From contig JBBQZX010000030.1 of assembly GCA_038207335.1 (NCBI GenBank), positions 14,063 to 78,062 of the forward strand: DNA of 64,000 nt, given 5' to 3'. Origin of the DNA: Chthoniobacterales bacterium. GTDB taxonomy: Bacteria > Verrucomicrobiota > Verrucomicrobiia > Chthoniobacterales > Chthoniobacteraceae. The stretch's first letter is position 1. Every line of letters starts with the position of its first letter. The position numbers were made by a program, and so were the translations under genes. Below the pieces are notes generated by a model. The model was not told where the DNA came from. It saw only the letters and a program-made list of their open reading frames with translations, and searched no databases. Below, in pieces: positions 28,041 to 38,347 of the stretch.

Positions 28041-29402
28041 ATGAGCAATCTCAATCTCAACCGCTGGCAGATCAGCCGCCGCCAAATGCTGAAAGGCCTC
28101 GGAGCCTGCATCGCGCTTCCGCTGCTCGACTGCATGGCCTCGCTGCCCGCGCCGTCGAAGCCGAAGCGCAGCGTGTTCCTTTATATCCCGAATGGCGTGA
28201 ACACGCTCACGTGGCAGATCGAAAAGGCGGGCGCGGACTACGAGTTTACGAAGCCGATGAAGTCGCTCGAAAAGCATCGCGCCGACATCACGCCGATCAG
28301 CGGATTGCATCACCCGATGGTGCTCGGGAAGCATCACAACTGTGAAAAGGTCTGGCTCACCGGCGCCAATGTCCCCGGCGATGGCGGCGCCTTCCGCAAC
28401 ACCGTCTCCGCCGACCAGATAATCGCCGACGCGCAGGGCGTGGCCACGCGGTTTTCTTCGCTCGAAATGGCCATCGAGGGCGTCTCGCTCGCATGGTCAA
28501 AGGACGGCATCCAGATTCCCGCGGAGCGGAACACGCAGCAGATTTTCAACTCGCTCTTCGGCGTGGAAAAGGACAGCAAGGAGACCATCCGCCGCCGCCT
28601 CAGCCGCCGCGGCAGCATCCTCGATCTCGTGGCCGAGGACGCGAATCGCGTGAACAAAAAGCTCGGCAGCGAGGACCGCTCGAAGCTCGACGAATACCTC
28701 ACCGCCGTGCGCCAGGTGGAGGAGCGCACGCGCCGCGCCGACGAATGGCTAAACGTCCCGAAGCCGGTGGTGCCGGCCAGCGAGGCCGCGCGTCTCCAAC
28801 GCAAGCTCAGCATGGCCGAGGCCGGCGAATATTACCGTCTTTTCTACGACCTCATGGTGATGGCGCTGCGCACGGATTCCACGCGGGTCATCACCTGCGG
28901 CATCGGGAGCGAGGGAAACACCAGCGGCATCCCCGAGATCGGCATCTTGCAAACGCGCCACGGCCTTTCCCACCACAATGGCGATCCCGAGCAACTGCGC
29001 CGCCTCACCGAGACCGACACTTTTCTCGTCGGGCAGTTCAGCTACTTCCTCGACCAGCTCAAAGAGCACAAGGAGGAGAACACTCCCCTGCTCGATACCA
29101 CGCAGGTGCTCTGGGGCAGCGGAATGGCCTACGGTCACAGCCACGGCAATGCGAACCTGCCCACCATCCTCGCCGGCGGCAAAACGCTCGGCTACAAGCA
29201 CGGCACTCACGTGGACTTCAACCTGCCGAAGATCGCCAAATACGACATCACCGACGCGCAGGGTCACTACAAGATTTGCTCGAAGCCGGTGGACGAGAAT
29301 GCACGCGTCAGCAATCTGCTACTCACCATGCTCCAGCGCGTGGAGGTGAAAGCCGACAAGTTTCAGGACAGCGTGGGACCGATCTCGCAGATCGTGGCGT
29401 GA
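28041..29402 (+). CDS. DUF1552 family protein (Tat-like signal)
   Basis: [27 protein letters not shown] and NLPTILAGG motifs. Confidence 0.9.
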   Translation: MSNLNLNRWQISRRQMLKGLGACIALPLLDCMASLPAPSKPKRSVFLYIPNGVNTLTWQIEKAGADYEFTKPMKSLEKHRADITPISGLHHPMVLGKHHNCEKVWLTGANVPGDGGAFRNTVSADQIIADAQGVATRFSSLEMAIEGVSLAWSKDGIQIPAERNTQQIFNSLFGVEKDSKETIRRRLSRRGSILDLVAEDANRVNKKLGSEDRSKLDEYLTAVRQVEERTRRADEWLNVPKPVVPASEAARLQRKLSMAEAGEYYRLFYDLMVMALRTDSTRVITCGIGSEGNTSGIPEIGILQTRHGLSHHNGDPEQLRRLTETDTFLVGQFSYFLDQLKEHKEENTPLLDTTQVLWGSGMAYGHSHGNANLPTILAGGKTLGYKHGTHVDFNLPKIAKYDITDAQGHYKICSKPVDENARVSNLLLTMLQRVEVKADKFQDSVGPISQIVA

Positions 29403-29437
29403 GTCTCGCGGCGAGCAGCAGGATCAGCGACAGCAAC

Positions 29438-30676
29438 ATGATGGTCGCCTTTTACGCACGCCTGGTCATCGGCCTATTGGTCACCGTCTCAGTCCTTCAC
29501 GCGGAGCCACCGAAGTTCCGCACCGACGCGGACGGTCCGGTGAAGCCCAACGAAAAACGGAATTCCAAAGACACGAGCGGCAAGCCCGACTGGTTTCTTC
29601 CCGTCGAAGGCGAGTTCCCTCCGGAAGGTTCGGCGCACGCGATTTCCGGCGAGTTGGTGCAGGTGGATCATCTCGAGCGCGGCTTCCAGATTCGTGTGGA
29701 TCGCTCCGACAGTCAGGATCGCGGCGTGTGGGATTTGCCGCTGGATGCCGCGATGCTGCCCTACGGCTCCATCGAGTATCACGGCTCGCCCGCCGCGTTG
29801 CAGGACATCCCGCTCGGCACGCATCTGCACGGGCTATTTTATCTCAAAGATCCGAACGATAAGTCGCCGAATCCGAACGCCGCCTACGGACGAAAGACTC
29901 CTGAGTCCGACTTCCGCCGCTGCTTCCGGATCGAGGACGACTTCAGCTTTCACGCGCGGCAGAAGCACCTCTGGAAAATCGAGAGCGTCGATCTCGGGGC
30001 GAAGAAACTCATCGCGACGCTACTCGAGAACGACAAGCCAAGCGGGCCGCCAAAGACCTTTGACCTGCTCACGAGCACACGCGTGATGAAGCGCGACGGC
30101 TTTGCCGATCTCAAGGCGCTGCAGCCCGGGCTGACCGTCCTTTTCGATCTCACATGGGTCACGCTCTACGGCCCGGGCCGCATCACCGACATCTACCTCG
30201 ATGAGCCCAGCCGCGCCCTCGCCACGGCGCAGCAGCTCGAGCGACATCGCAACCACATCCGCGAGCGCGGCCTGCCCGGATGGGTCAGCGCCGTGGAGGA
30301 CGAACCGCAGATCGTCACCATCACCTTCTTTGGCGGCGTGGATGAAAAACTCTTCGACGAACTCTCCATCATCAATGGCGAGAAAGTCGGCTGGCCGCTC
30401 TCGAAGGAAGCCGACAACCCCTCCGCGCCGAAAGGCACGATCGCCGTCGCCCGCGACAGCCTGATGACCTACGACCCGGTCAACGATCGCAAAGGCGGCA
30501 ACATCATCGACACCAAAAAAGTTCCCATCGAGCCCGGCGGCAGCGGCGTCCAAATCCGGGTGAAGTGCGACATGCTCCTCGAAGGTTTCCGCCCGCGCCG
30601 AATCGTCCGCTTTTACCCAGCGACATGGAAAGTGATCGAACTCCCGCGCGAGGAACAGTTCCAAGGTCGCGAGTGA
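29438..30676 (+). CDS. Secreted hypothetical protein
   Basis: Signal peptide ending VLHA; strong coding codon bias; operonic position. Confidence 0.75.
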   Translation: MMVAFYARLVIGLLVTVSVLHAEPPKFRTDADGPVKPNEKRNSKDTSGKPDWFLPVEGEFPPEGSAHAISGELVQVDHLERGFQIRVDRSDSQDRGVWDLPLDAAMLPYGSIEYHGSPAALQDIPLGTHLHGLFYLKDPNDKSPNPNAAYGRKTPESDFRRCFRIEDDFSFHARQKHLWKIESVDLGAKKLIATLLENDKPSGPPKTFDLLTSTRVMKRDGFADLKALQPGLTVLFDLTWVTLYGPGRITDIYLDEPSRALATAQQLERHRNHIRERGLPGWVSAVEDEPQIVTITFFGGVDEKLFDELSIINGEKVGWPLSKEADNPSAPKGTIAVARDSLMTYDPVNDRKGGNIIDTKKVPIEPGGSGVQIRVKCDMLLEGFRPRRIVRFYPATWKVIELPREEQFQGRE

Positions 30677-30702
30677 TTTTCCACCACGCAGCACCACCAA
30701 TC

Positions 30703-31866
30703 ATGACCCGCATTTCCCTCCTCGCCGTTGCCCTGCTCGCTACAGATTCACCATTGTTCGCCGCACCCGCGGATCTCGCGAAAATCACCACCCAGGCCGA
30801 TCTCGACTCCGCGGCCAGCGACCCCGCGCTTAAGCAGGCATTGCAGGAGCACCGCGCGGCCATACTCTCAGCCATCGAACAGCGTCCGCACATCGAGGCC
30901 GTCACGCGCATCGTCGAAGCCGCGCACGGAAAAGTCGAAAAGATCAACACCACGCCCGAGCCCCTCGCGAAGCTTGCGGGCGGGCCCATGCCGGTCTTCG
31001 ACACGCTGAAGCTCGTCGATCTCGCCGTGCCGAATGCCGGCCCGCATGACAAACGCGCTGACGATCCTTACGACGCCGCCTTCTTCCAGCATGTCGGCCA
31101 CATCACACCGCTGGAGTCGCTCAATATCATCTCCACCAAATTCAGCGACGACTGGATGCCGCCCATCGCCGGACTCGCGAATCTCAAAACCCTGCGCTTT
31201 ACCAACAACGGCAAGCTCACCGAAATCGGCCTCGAAAAACTCGCCGCGCTCAAGAACATGAAAACCTTCTCCTTCGTCGGCACCGGCATGACCGGCCATG
31301 CCTTCGCGAAGTTCGAAGACTGGACGCACCTCACCAAATGCAGCTTCCGCGGCAGCAGCATCGATGACGAGGGCCTGAAGCAACTCTGCGAGCACCTCCC
31401 GAATCTCGAAAGCATCAGCCTCGCCCACGCGAAATTCACCGACGCCGGCGCGCCCGCTCTCGCAAAACTCACCAAGCTCAAAGGACTCGAACTCGGCACG
31501 CACAACGCCACCCCGGCGACCTTGAAACACCTCGCCGCGCTCCCGCTCGAATACCTTCAGCTCGGCGAAGGCTTCGACTCATCCGAATCCCTCGAGAACA
31601 TCCGCGACCTCAAAACCCTGAAGCGCCTCACGCTCACCGACTGCGCCAAAACCACCGACGACGACCTCAAGCTCATTGCCTCAATGACGCAGCTCGAAAG
31701 CCTCGAACTCGGCAACCTCCTGATGACCGAAGAGCGCGTCGCGCAGTTGAAGCCCTTCACGTTTCTCAAGTCCTTCCGGCTCGTGCAACGCCCGCAGCCC
31801 TATCCCGCAGACATCCAGTCGAAGATCACCGAACTGATGCCGAAAGTTCAGCTCACCTTTGAGTGA
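30703..31866 (+). CDS. Secreted leucine-rich-repeat protein
   Basis: Signal peptide; repeated LxxLxxLxL units (LANLKTLRF, LPNLESISL, LTKLKGLEL). Confidence 0.85.
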   Translation: MTRISLLAVALLATDSPLFAAPADLAKITTQADLDSAASDPALKQALQEHRAAILSAIEQRPHIEAVTRIVEAAHGKVEKINTTPEPLAKLAGGPMPVFDTLKLVDLAVPNAGPHDKRADDPYDAAFFQHVGHITPLESLNIISTKFSDDWMPPIAGLANLKTLRFTNNGKLTEIGLEKLAALKNMKTFSFVGTGMTGHAFAKFEDWTHLTKCSFRGSSIDDEGLKQLCEHLPNLESISLAHAKFTDAGAPALAKLTKLKGLELGTHNATPATLKHLAALPLEYLQLGEGFDSSESLENIRDLKTLKRLTLTDCAKTTDDDLKLIASMTQLESLELGNLLMTEERVAQLKPFTFLKSFRLVQRPQPYPADIQSKITELMPKVQLTFE

Positions 31867-31925
31867 GGATCGAGCTGCGTGGGCTCGCAAGCTCGTTCGA
31901 GGCGCATTTGCATACTGCCCCTTAG

Positions 31926-33179
31926 TTACTGCGATGCTTTGCCTCGGCGATCAGGAAGGTCAGCGCGGAGTTGCTGACCCACAGAGCACGAGAGGTCGTC
32001 GCCCGGGTCGACGAGGCGCACTTTCGGAAGCACGGAAAATCCCCACACTCCGGCGGCGAGCATCCACGCATAGCTGGCAGCACTGAGCCAATGCGGACGC
32101 TCAGGCGAAAAATCGCCGATGGCGCGCAGCGCGGCTCCAGCGAGCAGGAGAAAGGTTGCGATTTGCAGGCTCGGGAGGCGCGTTTCAAAAAGCGCCTCGT
32201 TTCCCGAATGGCCGAGCACGACGCGCGTGGCGACGGTGAAGGTGATGAGACTGAAGCCGCCGAGGAAGACGATGTGCAATCCCGCGAGGCGCTGACTCGG
32301 CCAGAGGAGCGGGAAGCTCAGTCCGGCGACAAGCGCGAGCAGCGCCAGTTGTGCGGCGAGGGGTGCGGTTTGCAATGGAAGAGACTGGCGATGGAAGGGA
32401 ATCATCGTGGCCAGATAGATGAACACAGCGATGACGCGCAGCCAGGCGGCGGCGGGCGCTGACGGCTGGCTGGCTTCGAGCCAAAAGCTCGCGAGAAGAG
32501 CAATGCCGGTGATGAAAGATAATGCGGCGCGCCGCCACCAGCCGATCGACGCGGTGCGCTCCTCGGCCATCGACCGCACATCGCGCAGGCGGAGAAAACG
32601 CGGGAACAGAAACGTGCCGATCCCGAGGATCGGGACGAGCACGAATGCCTGGTTGAGCAGAATCGAGCCAAACGTCATGACACTGCCCGACACCCAGCCC
32701 TGCAGGCCGCACAGCCACAGCACCGGCCCGGCAAGTCCGCTGAGAAATCCAAACGCCACGAGGACGAATCCCGGCGGAGGCAGTTCCAAGCGCCCACGCA
32801 CGCGCGCGATCATGCACGCGCCGAAGCACAGCATCAGCGCAATGAAGGCGGCGTCGCCAGCGCGAGGTTGTTCGCCGATGTGCAGTCCGGCGGTGAGCAG
32901 ATACAGGCCGACCAGCGTCCACAATTCTCCGCGCCGCAGCGCGGGCGCGGAGAGCAGACGCGGCAGCGCGGTGCCGAGAAAACCGAGGACGAAGCCAGCA
33001 AGGAATCCCTCGATCATCAGCCGTGCGTGCATCGGGCCGGGGTAGAACTTATGCAGACCCGCAAAGAACAGCGGCCAGAGCGACACGCCGGAGATGCCGA
33101 GCAGCGTGGCGAGCGGAAAGAAAATGCGGAACGGCTCGGTGGGGCAGAGGCTCAGGAACGACGGGGGCGGCGAAGTCAT
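31926..33179 (-). CDS. nnrS: NnrS family protein
   Basis: EPFRIFF, HARLMIEGF...GFLGTALP and TRVVLGHSG motifs; multi-TM; nirK context. Confidence 0.85.
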   Translation of the reverse strand: MTSPPPSFLSLCPTEPFRIFFPLATLLGISGVSLWPLFFAGLHKFYPGPMHARLMIEGFLAGFVLGFLGTALPRLLSAPALRRGELWTLVGLYLLTAGLHIGEQPRAGDAAFIALMLCFGACMIARVRGRLELPPPGFVLVAFGFLSGLAGPVLWLCGLQGWVSGSVMTFGSILLNQAFVLVPILGIGTFLFPRFLRLRDVRSMAEERTASIGWWRRAALSFITGIALLASFWLEASQPSAPAAAWLRVIAVFIYLATMIPFHRQSLPLQTAPLAAQLALLALVAGLSFPLLWPSQRLAGLHIVFLGGFSLITFTVATRVVLGHSGNEALFETRLPSLQIATFLLLAGAALRAIGDFSPERPHWLSAASYAWMLAAGVWGFSVLPKVRLVDPGDDLSCSVGQQLRADLPDRRGKASQ

Positions 33180-33191
33180 TTTCTCGCGCTC

Positions 33192-33791
33192 TTAGCGTTG
33201 CGCGCCGTGCGCGGCCTTTTCGATCGCGGCGAGGAGCAGCGCGGGATCCTGCTTCAAGCCCGCGTGCTGAAAGACTATTTCGCCCTCGGCATTCAGCAGC
33301 GTGATGAGGTTGGTGTGGGCGAATTGGCCGCACGCATCCTCCGTGTAGTTGACGCCGAGCAGCGCTGCCAACTCGCGCACATCGTCGGTTGCCCCGCGCA
33401 GCAGAGTCCAGCGGTCGCGGACGAGGTTCCGTTTTTTGCGGAAGGCGGCGAGTTCGGTGGGCGTGTCACGTTTCGAGTCGATACTCACGAGGAGAAAATC
33501 GACCTTCCCGAGCACCTCAGGCGGCAGTCGGCTTTCAATGCTCTTGAGTTCACCGACGAGGATCGGACAGGCGTATTCGCAGTGGGTGAAAAACATCGCC
33601 ACGATCTGCGGGCGACCACGCAGCGCGCCGAGGGTGATCTCGCGACCGACGTCGGAGGTCCATTTCGAGTCGAGCAGGTAGAGCAATTTATCCGTCGGCG
33701 GCCCCGCCGGCAGCGGAGGCCGACAGCAGGGTGGCAGCGGTTCGCTGGCGAGCAGCGCGAGGGGAAGCAGAAGAGCGAGGAGGCACTTCAT
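33192..33791 (-). CDS. SCO family copper chaperone
   Basis: FFTHCEYACP (CxxxC), SIDSKRDTP, conserved His in FAHT. Confidence 0.9.
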   Translation of the reverse strand: MKCLLALLLPLALLASEPLPPCCRPPLPAGPPTDKLLYLLDSKWTSDVGREITLGALRGRPQIVAMFFTHCEYACPILVGELKSIESRLPPEVLGKVDFLLVSIDSKRDTPTELAAFRKKRNLVRDRWTLLRGATDDVRELAALLGVNYTEDACGQFAHTNLITLLNAEGEIVFQHAGLKQDPALLLAAIEKAAHGAQR

Positions 33792-34561
33792 GGAGTTTTT
33801 GCGCAGCGGAAGCCGAGGTTGGGGACGGTGTAACCCGCGCGCAGGCTGCTGCGGAAACCGAAGCGCATGAAGGCGGGGTAATTCGTGCGATCGGTTGCGT
33901 TGAGCGATCCCGCGCCGCAGAAAAATTGACGGTCCAGTCCGGTATCGCCGCGCGCGTCGCCGGTCACCAAGGCGCTGTTGAAATCGCTCGTCCACTCCCA
34001 CACGAGACCGTGCAGATCGCGCACCCCGAACACATTCGCGCTCCCGCTGCCTGCCTCCGGCAGCACCGCGGGCGCCGGGGTCGCATACCAACGCGCGATG
34101 GCCTTTTGAAACTCCGCATCCTTCGCCCCATCGCGCTCGGTGAAGCCCACGCCCGCCGCGACCTCCCACTCCGCCGTCGTCGGCAACCGCTTGCCGCGCG
34201 CCGCTGCAAACGCCTTCGCGGCGAACCACGAAAGATTGGTGACTGGCTGTTCCGCGCGCGCATTGCCGAGTTCGAGATCGTCGGCCCAGTGCGCGAGATA
34301 GCCCTCATCGGCAAAGAGCCGTTTTACCTGCGAGCGGCGCCACTTCGGCTGTGCGCGCACGAAGTCAAGGAACTCGCCGTTCGTCACCGGCCGAACTTCG
34401 AGTTGGAAGGCCGCGATGGAAATTTCCTTCGCGTCCTTTTCCCCGCGAAAGAGCGGGCGGTAAGTCGTCGCCGGAATCGCCGCCATGCCGGGCTCCGTCA
34501 CGCGCACGGCGCAGAGCGTGAGCAGCGACGCGACGAGATGCAGCGCGAGACACATGGTCAT
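33788..34561 (-). CDS. Formylglycine-generating-enzyme family protein (NirV-like)
   Basis: [25 protein letters not shown] and LGFRCA motifs. Confidence 0.88.
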   Translation of the reverse strand: MTMCLALHLVASLLTLCAVRVTEPGMAAIPATTYRPLFRGEKDAKEISIAAFQLEVRPVTNGEFLDFVRAQPKWRRSQVKRLFADEGYLAHWADDLELGNARAEQPVTNLSWFAAKAFAAARGKRLPTTAEWEVAAGVGFTERDGAKDAEFQKAIARWYATPAPAVLPEAGSGSANVFGVRDLHGLVWEWTSDFNSALVTGDARGDTGLDRQFFCGAGSLNATDRTNYPAFMRFGFRSSLRAGYTVPNLGFRCAKTP

Positions 34562-36080
34562 TGGTTCACCGATTCCGCGTGGATGCGCGCCACTTCGTCC
34601 ACGCTCACGATGTCGCCCTCGTTGCCCCACGCATTGCGGACGAAGGTGAGGACGTGCGCGATTTGCTCGTCCGTGAGCAGGACCGGCGGCATGACGCCGT
34701 TGTATTTCGTGCCGTTCACCGTCATCTCGCCGGACTGGCCTTTGATCACCCCGCGAATGGCGCGCGCCTTGTCGGCCATGAGGAAATCGGATTTGGCCAG
34801 CGGCGGAAAGACGCTCGGGATGCCCTGGCCTTCGGCCTGGTGACAGGCGAAGCAGGTCTGCGCGTAGATCCGTTTGCCTTTCTCGATGAAAAGTTCCTTC
34901 CCGAGCGCCGCGAGTTTTGGTTCGCCGGCGAGGACTTTCTTCCGCTCCGCCTCGAGCGCCGCCACCCGCGAATCCGCGCCGCCGGGCAGCGCGTAGTCGC
35001 CGAGATAGGTCGCGTCCACTTCCTTGCCGGAATAGACGAGCAGATTCGCTGGTCCCTCGACGCTGAGCATGCCGAGTGCGCCTTTGTTGAACGAGCGGAA
35101 GAGCGCGTGATCCACGAGGATGAAGGTGCCGGGCACCTCGAGTTTGAAATCCACGATCACCGAACCGCCTGCCGGGATGGTCGTCGTTTGCACGTTCTCC
35201 TGCGAGACCTTCATGCCGCCCTCCTGATACACATGGTCGAAAATCTCGCCGATGACGTGAAAGGACGCAGTCAGATTCGGCCCCGCGTTGCCGACGAAAA
35301 TACGCACGCGCTCGCCGACTTTTGCCTTCAGAGCCTTGTCGCCGACGAGCGAACCGACGGCACCGTTGAAGACGACATAACTCGGCCGTTCATCGACCGC
35401 CTTTTCCATGTCGAACGGCTGCAAACCCTCCTCGCCGAATTTTCCCTTCGTATAAAATTCGCCTTGCATGACGTAGAACTCCCGGTCCACCGGCGGCATC
35501 CCGGCTTTCGGCTCGACGAGGATCAACCCATACATGCCGTTGCCGACGTGCATCCCGACCGGCGCCGTCGCGCAGTGATAGACGAAGAGGCCAGGGTTGA
35601 GCGCCCTGAACGAAAACTGCGAGCTATGGCATGGCGCGGTGAATGACGAGGTCGCGCCGCCGCCCGGCCCGGTGACCGCGTGCAGGTCGATGTTGTGCGG
35701 CATCTTCGAGGTCGGGTGATTGCCAAGATGAAACTCGACGAGGTCGCCCTCGCGCACGCGGATGAAAAGGCCCGGCACCTCGCCGCCGAAGGTCCAAAAC
35801 AATAGTCCACGCCATCCGCCATCCGCTTCACCACTTCGCGCACTTCCAGATTCACCACGACCTTCGTCGCGTGTTTGCGCTGGATGGGTGGCGGCACATT
35901 CGGAGCCGGAGTGAGAACTGCTTTTTCTTCACCGACGATTTCCGGGTCAGTCCCCTTGGCGGCTGGGCTTGGCAGAGGAGTGGTCGAATCCGGGAGAGGA
36001 TCGGCAGAAAATAGGGGAGGCATCGCGGAAAAGCCGAAAGCAACGGCGATGGCAAGGGAGGAAAGGCGTAGTGATTTCAT
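34558..36080 (-). pseudogene. nirK: Copper nitrite reductase fused to C-terminal cytochrome c; 1-nt frameshift near 35801
   Basis: Signal peptide...MADGVDY | [46 protein letters not shown] heme motif. Confidence 0.9.
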
Positions 36081-36313
36081 AAGGGGGGAGCGCTGCCGGA
36101 ACCGGACAGGCGGGAGATCAACTTCGACGGGAAAACATGACTTTGTGCGTTCGCTGTCGATCGTCGGACCGGCTTCCGCAATGGTAGCTGCGAGGCTCGC
36201 GCGTGGCGAGGAATTGCGCGGTCGCACCGGCCCCCTCTGCCAGTCCCGGGCTTCGGTAGAAGAAATTGAAACGCACCGACATGCAGCGCATTTTTGCCTT
36301 GCATCTCCCATCA

Positions 36314-37549
36314 ATGGAAAATTCAGACCACGCGCCTGCCGCTGCAATCCCGCACACAGTCGCGGAACTGACGGTGCTCCCGATTCTGCTGGCGATCAGC
36401 TTTGCGCATCTGCTTAACGACACGATCCAATCGCTCATTCCGGCGATCTACCCGCTCGTGAAGGAATCCTTTCACCTGAGCTTCACCCAGATTGGGATGA
36501 TCACGTTCACCTTCCAACTGACCGCGTCGCTGCTCCAGCCATGCGTCGGCGCCTACACCGATCGCTCGCCGAAACCGTATTCCTTGATGACGGGAATGTT
36601 CTTCACGCTGGCTGGTCTCGTGCTGCTTTCCTTCGCCGGAAGCTTCTCATTCCTCCTGATTGCCGTCGCGCTGGTGGGAATGGGCTCGGCAATCTTCCAT
36701 CCCGAATCCTCGCGCGTCGCGCACATGGCTTCGGGCGGCCGGCACGGATTCGCGCAATCCCTTTTCCAGGTAGGAGGCAACGCCGGCAGTTCGTTCGGAC
36801 CGCTGCTCGCCGCACTCGTCGTCACGCACAACGGCCAATCACACATCATGTGGTTTTCACTCCTGGCTCTTGCCGCCATCGCCGTACTTTTCAAAGTCGG
36901 TGGCTGGTATCGCCATCACTTGGTGGAACGCAGCAAGCACGCGTCCGTGTCTTCCACACGCCAGCCGCTCCCCCGGAGAACAGTCGTGCTCTCGATCGCC
37001 ATTTTGATCGGGCTCGTCTTTTCCAAGTATTTCTACCTCACGAGTCTCACGAGCTACTACACCTTCTATCTCATCGAAAAATTCCACCTCGAGGTCACGA
37101 GCGCGCAGATCTATTTGTTCGTTTTCTTGTTTGCCGTCGCTGCGGGGACTTTGGCGGGCGGTCCGTTGGGTGACTACTTTGGGCGGAAATACGTGATCTG
37201 GATTTCCATCCTGGGAGTCGCGCCGTTCACCCTTGCCCTACCTCACGCCAATCTGTTTTGGACCGTCGTGCTCACGGCTTTCATCGGCATCATTCTCGCC
37301 TCCGCATTCTCCGCTATCCTCGTTTACGCACAGGAACTGGTGCCCGGACGAGTCGGCATGATCGCCGGGCTATTCTTTGGCCTCGCCTTCGGCATGGCGG
37401 GAATCGGCTCCGCTGTGCTCGGCAAACTCGCCGACCTGACCAGCATCAGCTACGTCTTTCACGTCTGCGCGTTTCTGCCGTTGCTCGGACTGCTCACAGG
37501 CTTCCTGCCGAATATCGAAGGAAGTCGCCGAATGAAGGCCGAAGGTTGA
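36314..37549 (+). CDS. MFS transporter, Fsr (fosmidomycin-resistance) type
   Basis: HLLND, SLLQP, FHPESSRVA, QSLFQVGGNAG and GLFFGLAFG motifs. Confidence 0.9.
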   Translation: MENSDHAPAAAIPHTVAELTVLPILLAISFAHLLNDTIQSLIPAIYPLVKESFHLSFTQIGMITFTFQLTASLLQPCVGAYTDRSPKPYSLMTGMFFTLAGLVLLSFAGSFSFLLIAVALVGMGSAIFHPESSRVAHMASGGRHGFAQSLFQVGGNAGSSFGPLLAALVVTHNGQSHIMWFSLLALAAIAVLFKVGGWYRHHLVERSKHASVSSTRQPLPRRTVVLSIAILIGLVFSKYFYLTSLTSYYTFYLIEKFHLEVTSAQIYLFVFLFAVAAGTLAGGPLGDYFGRKYVIWISILGVAPFTLALPHANLFWTVVLTAFIGIILASAFSAILVYAQELVPGRVGMIAGLFFGLAFGMAGIGSAVLGKLADLTSISYVFHVCAFLPLLGLLTGFLPNIEGSRRMKAEG

Positions 37550-37629
37550 TCTCCGCGCTTCCGGTCGGGAAAGTTCTTGAATACCGTGGTTATGGACCGA
37601 GGCGCCTGACTGTTATTGCTGCGGCTTAA

Positions 37630-37708
37630 ATCGTGTCGGCGCAGCCGGGACAGAAGTAGGGTCCTTTGTCACCTCAGGCTTGAGGAGAAAGAGCGTGTCA
37701 TGGTTCAT
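37630..37708 (-). pseudogene. DUF3088-like N-terminal stub
   Basis: MNHDTLFLLKP, then a shifted frame GDKGPYFCPGCA. Confidence 0.45.
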
Positions 37709-37815
37709 CGGTGTCTGAGTTTGCTTCGATTGCGTGGCGTTCGAGATGGAATTGCTCATTGGTCGCCACAGAGCTCGGACGAGTTCGCCGCTGTGTTGGG
37801 GAGCGCAGGACGTTG

Positions 37816-38217
37816 TTAGATGCTCTCGACGCGCTCCAGGAGCTGGACCAGCAATGGTCCGAACGTCCGCAGTTCCTTTCGATGGGAGAGGGCCAGCTTT
37901 TGAAGGTTCTTTCGTCCAAGCGGCGTGAGAGTGACAAAAACGCAGCGGCGATCTTCTTCGGATGTCTGGCGTTCGATGAGCTTGGAGTTCTGTAATCGGT
38001 CCACCAAACCCACGGCGCTGTGTGCCGCGATTTGAAGCTGTTCCGCCAGCTCTCCCACGGTGACCAGATTGCGTCCTGGAAACCCTTCGATCGCCAGAAG
38101 TGCCTGATACTGCTGCGGCGTCAGCGCGCACGCCCGGGCCGCTTGCTCACTGAAATGCAGAAACTTCCGCATCTCGTAGCGGAAGGCGGCCAGCGTTTCG
38201 TAATCGACTTTTGTCAC
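37816..38217 (-). CDS. MarR family regulator
   Basis: LTPQQYQALL, VGELAEQL...SAVGLVDRL and DRR motifs. Confidence 0.92.
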   Translation of the reverse strand: MTKVDYETLAAFRYEMRKFLHFSEQAARACALTPQQYQALLAIEGFPGRNLVTVGELAEQLQIAAHSAVGLVDRLQNSKLIERQTSEEDRRCVFVTLTPLGRKNLQKLALSHRKELRTFGPLLVQLLERVESI

Positions 38218-38228
38218 GACTCCTCGAA

Positions 38229-38247
38229 TATATCGTAATGCGATATA
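38229..38247. promoter_or_regulatory. Putative MarR operator
   Basis: Perfect TATATCG-N5-CGATATA between the divergent MarR and ClC genes. Confidence 0.75.
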
Positions 38248-38347
38248 CTCAAGCCGAAACTTGCCTGAAGACTTTTACGATGCCTGCCACAGAGCCATTC
38301 GTCGGGACCTTCGATCACGGCGACAAAAGCGCGCCTCTATTCTTCCG

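Noticed and set aside
28493..29437. Long N-terminal extension of the 727-aa ORF overlapping DUF1552
   Set aside because: Off-frame shadow; a credible signal peptide begins at 29438.
36081..36313. FNR/NnrR box upstream of nirK
   Set aside because: Only a half-site (ATCAA) is seen; no TTGAT partner at the right spacing.
38218..38347. Fluoride riboswitch before the ClC gene
   Set aside because: No matching consensus seen, and the ClC lacks CLC-F signature motifs.
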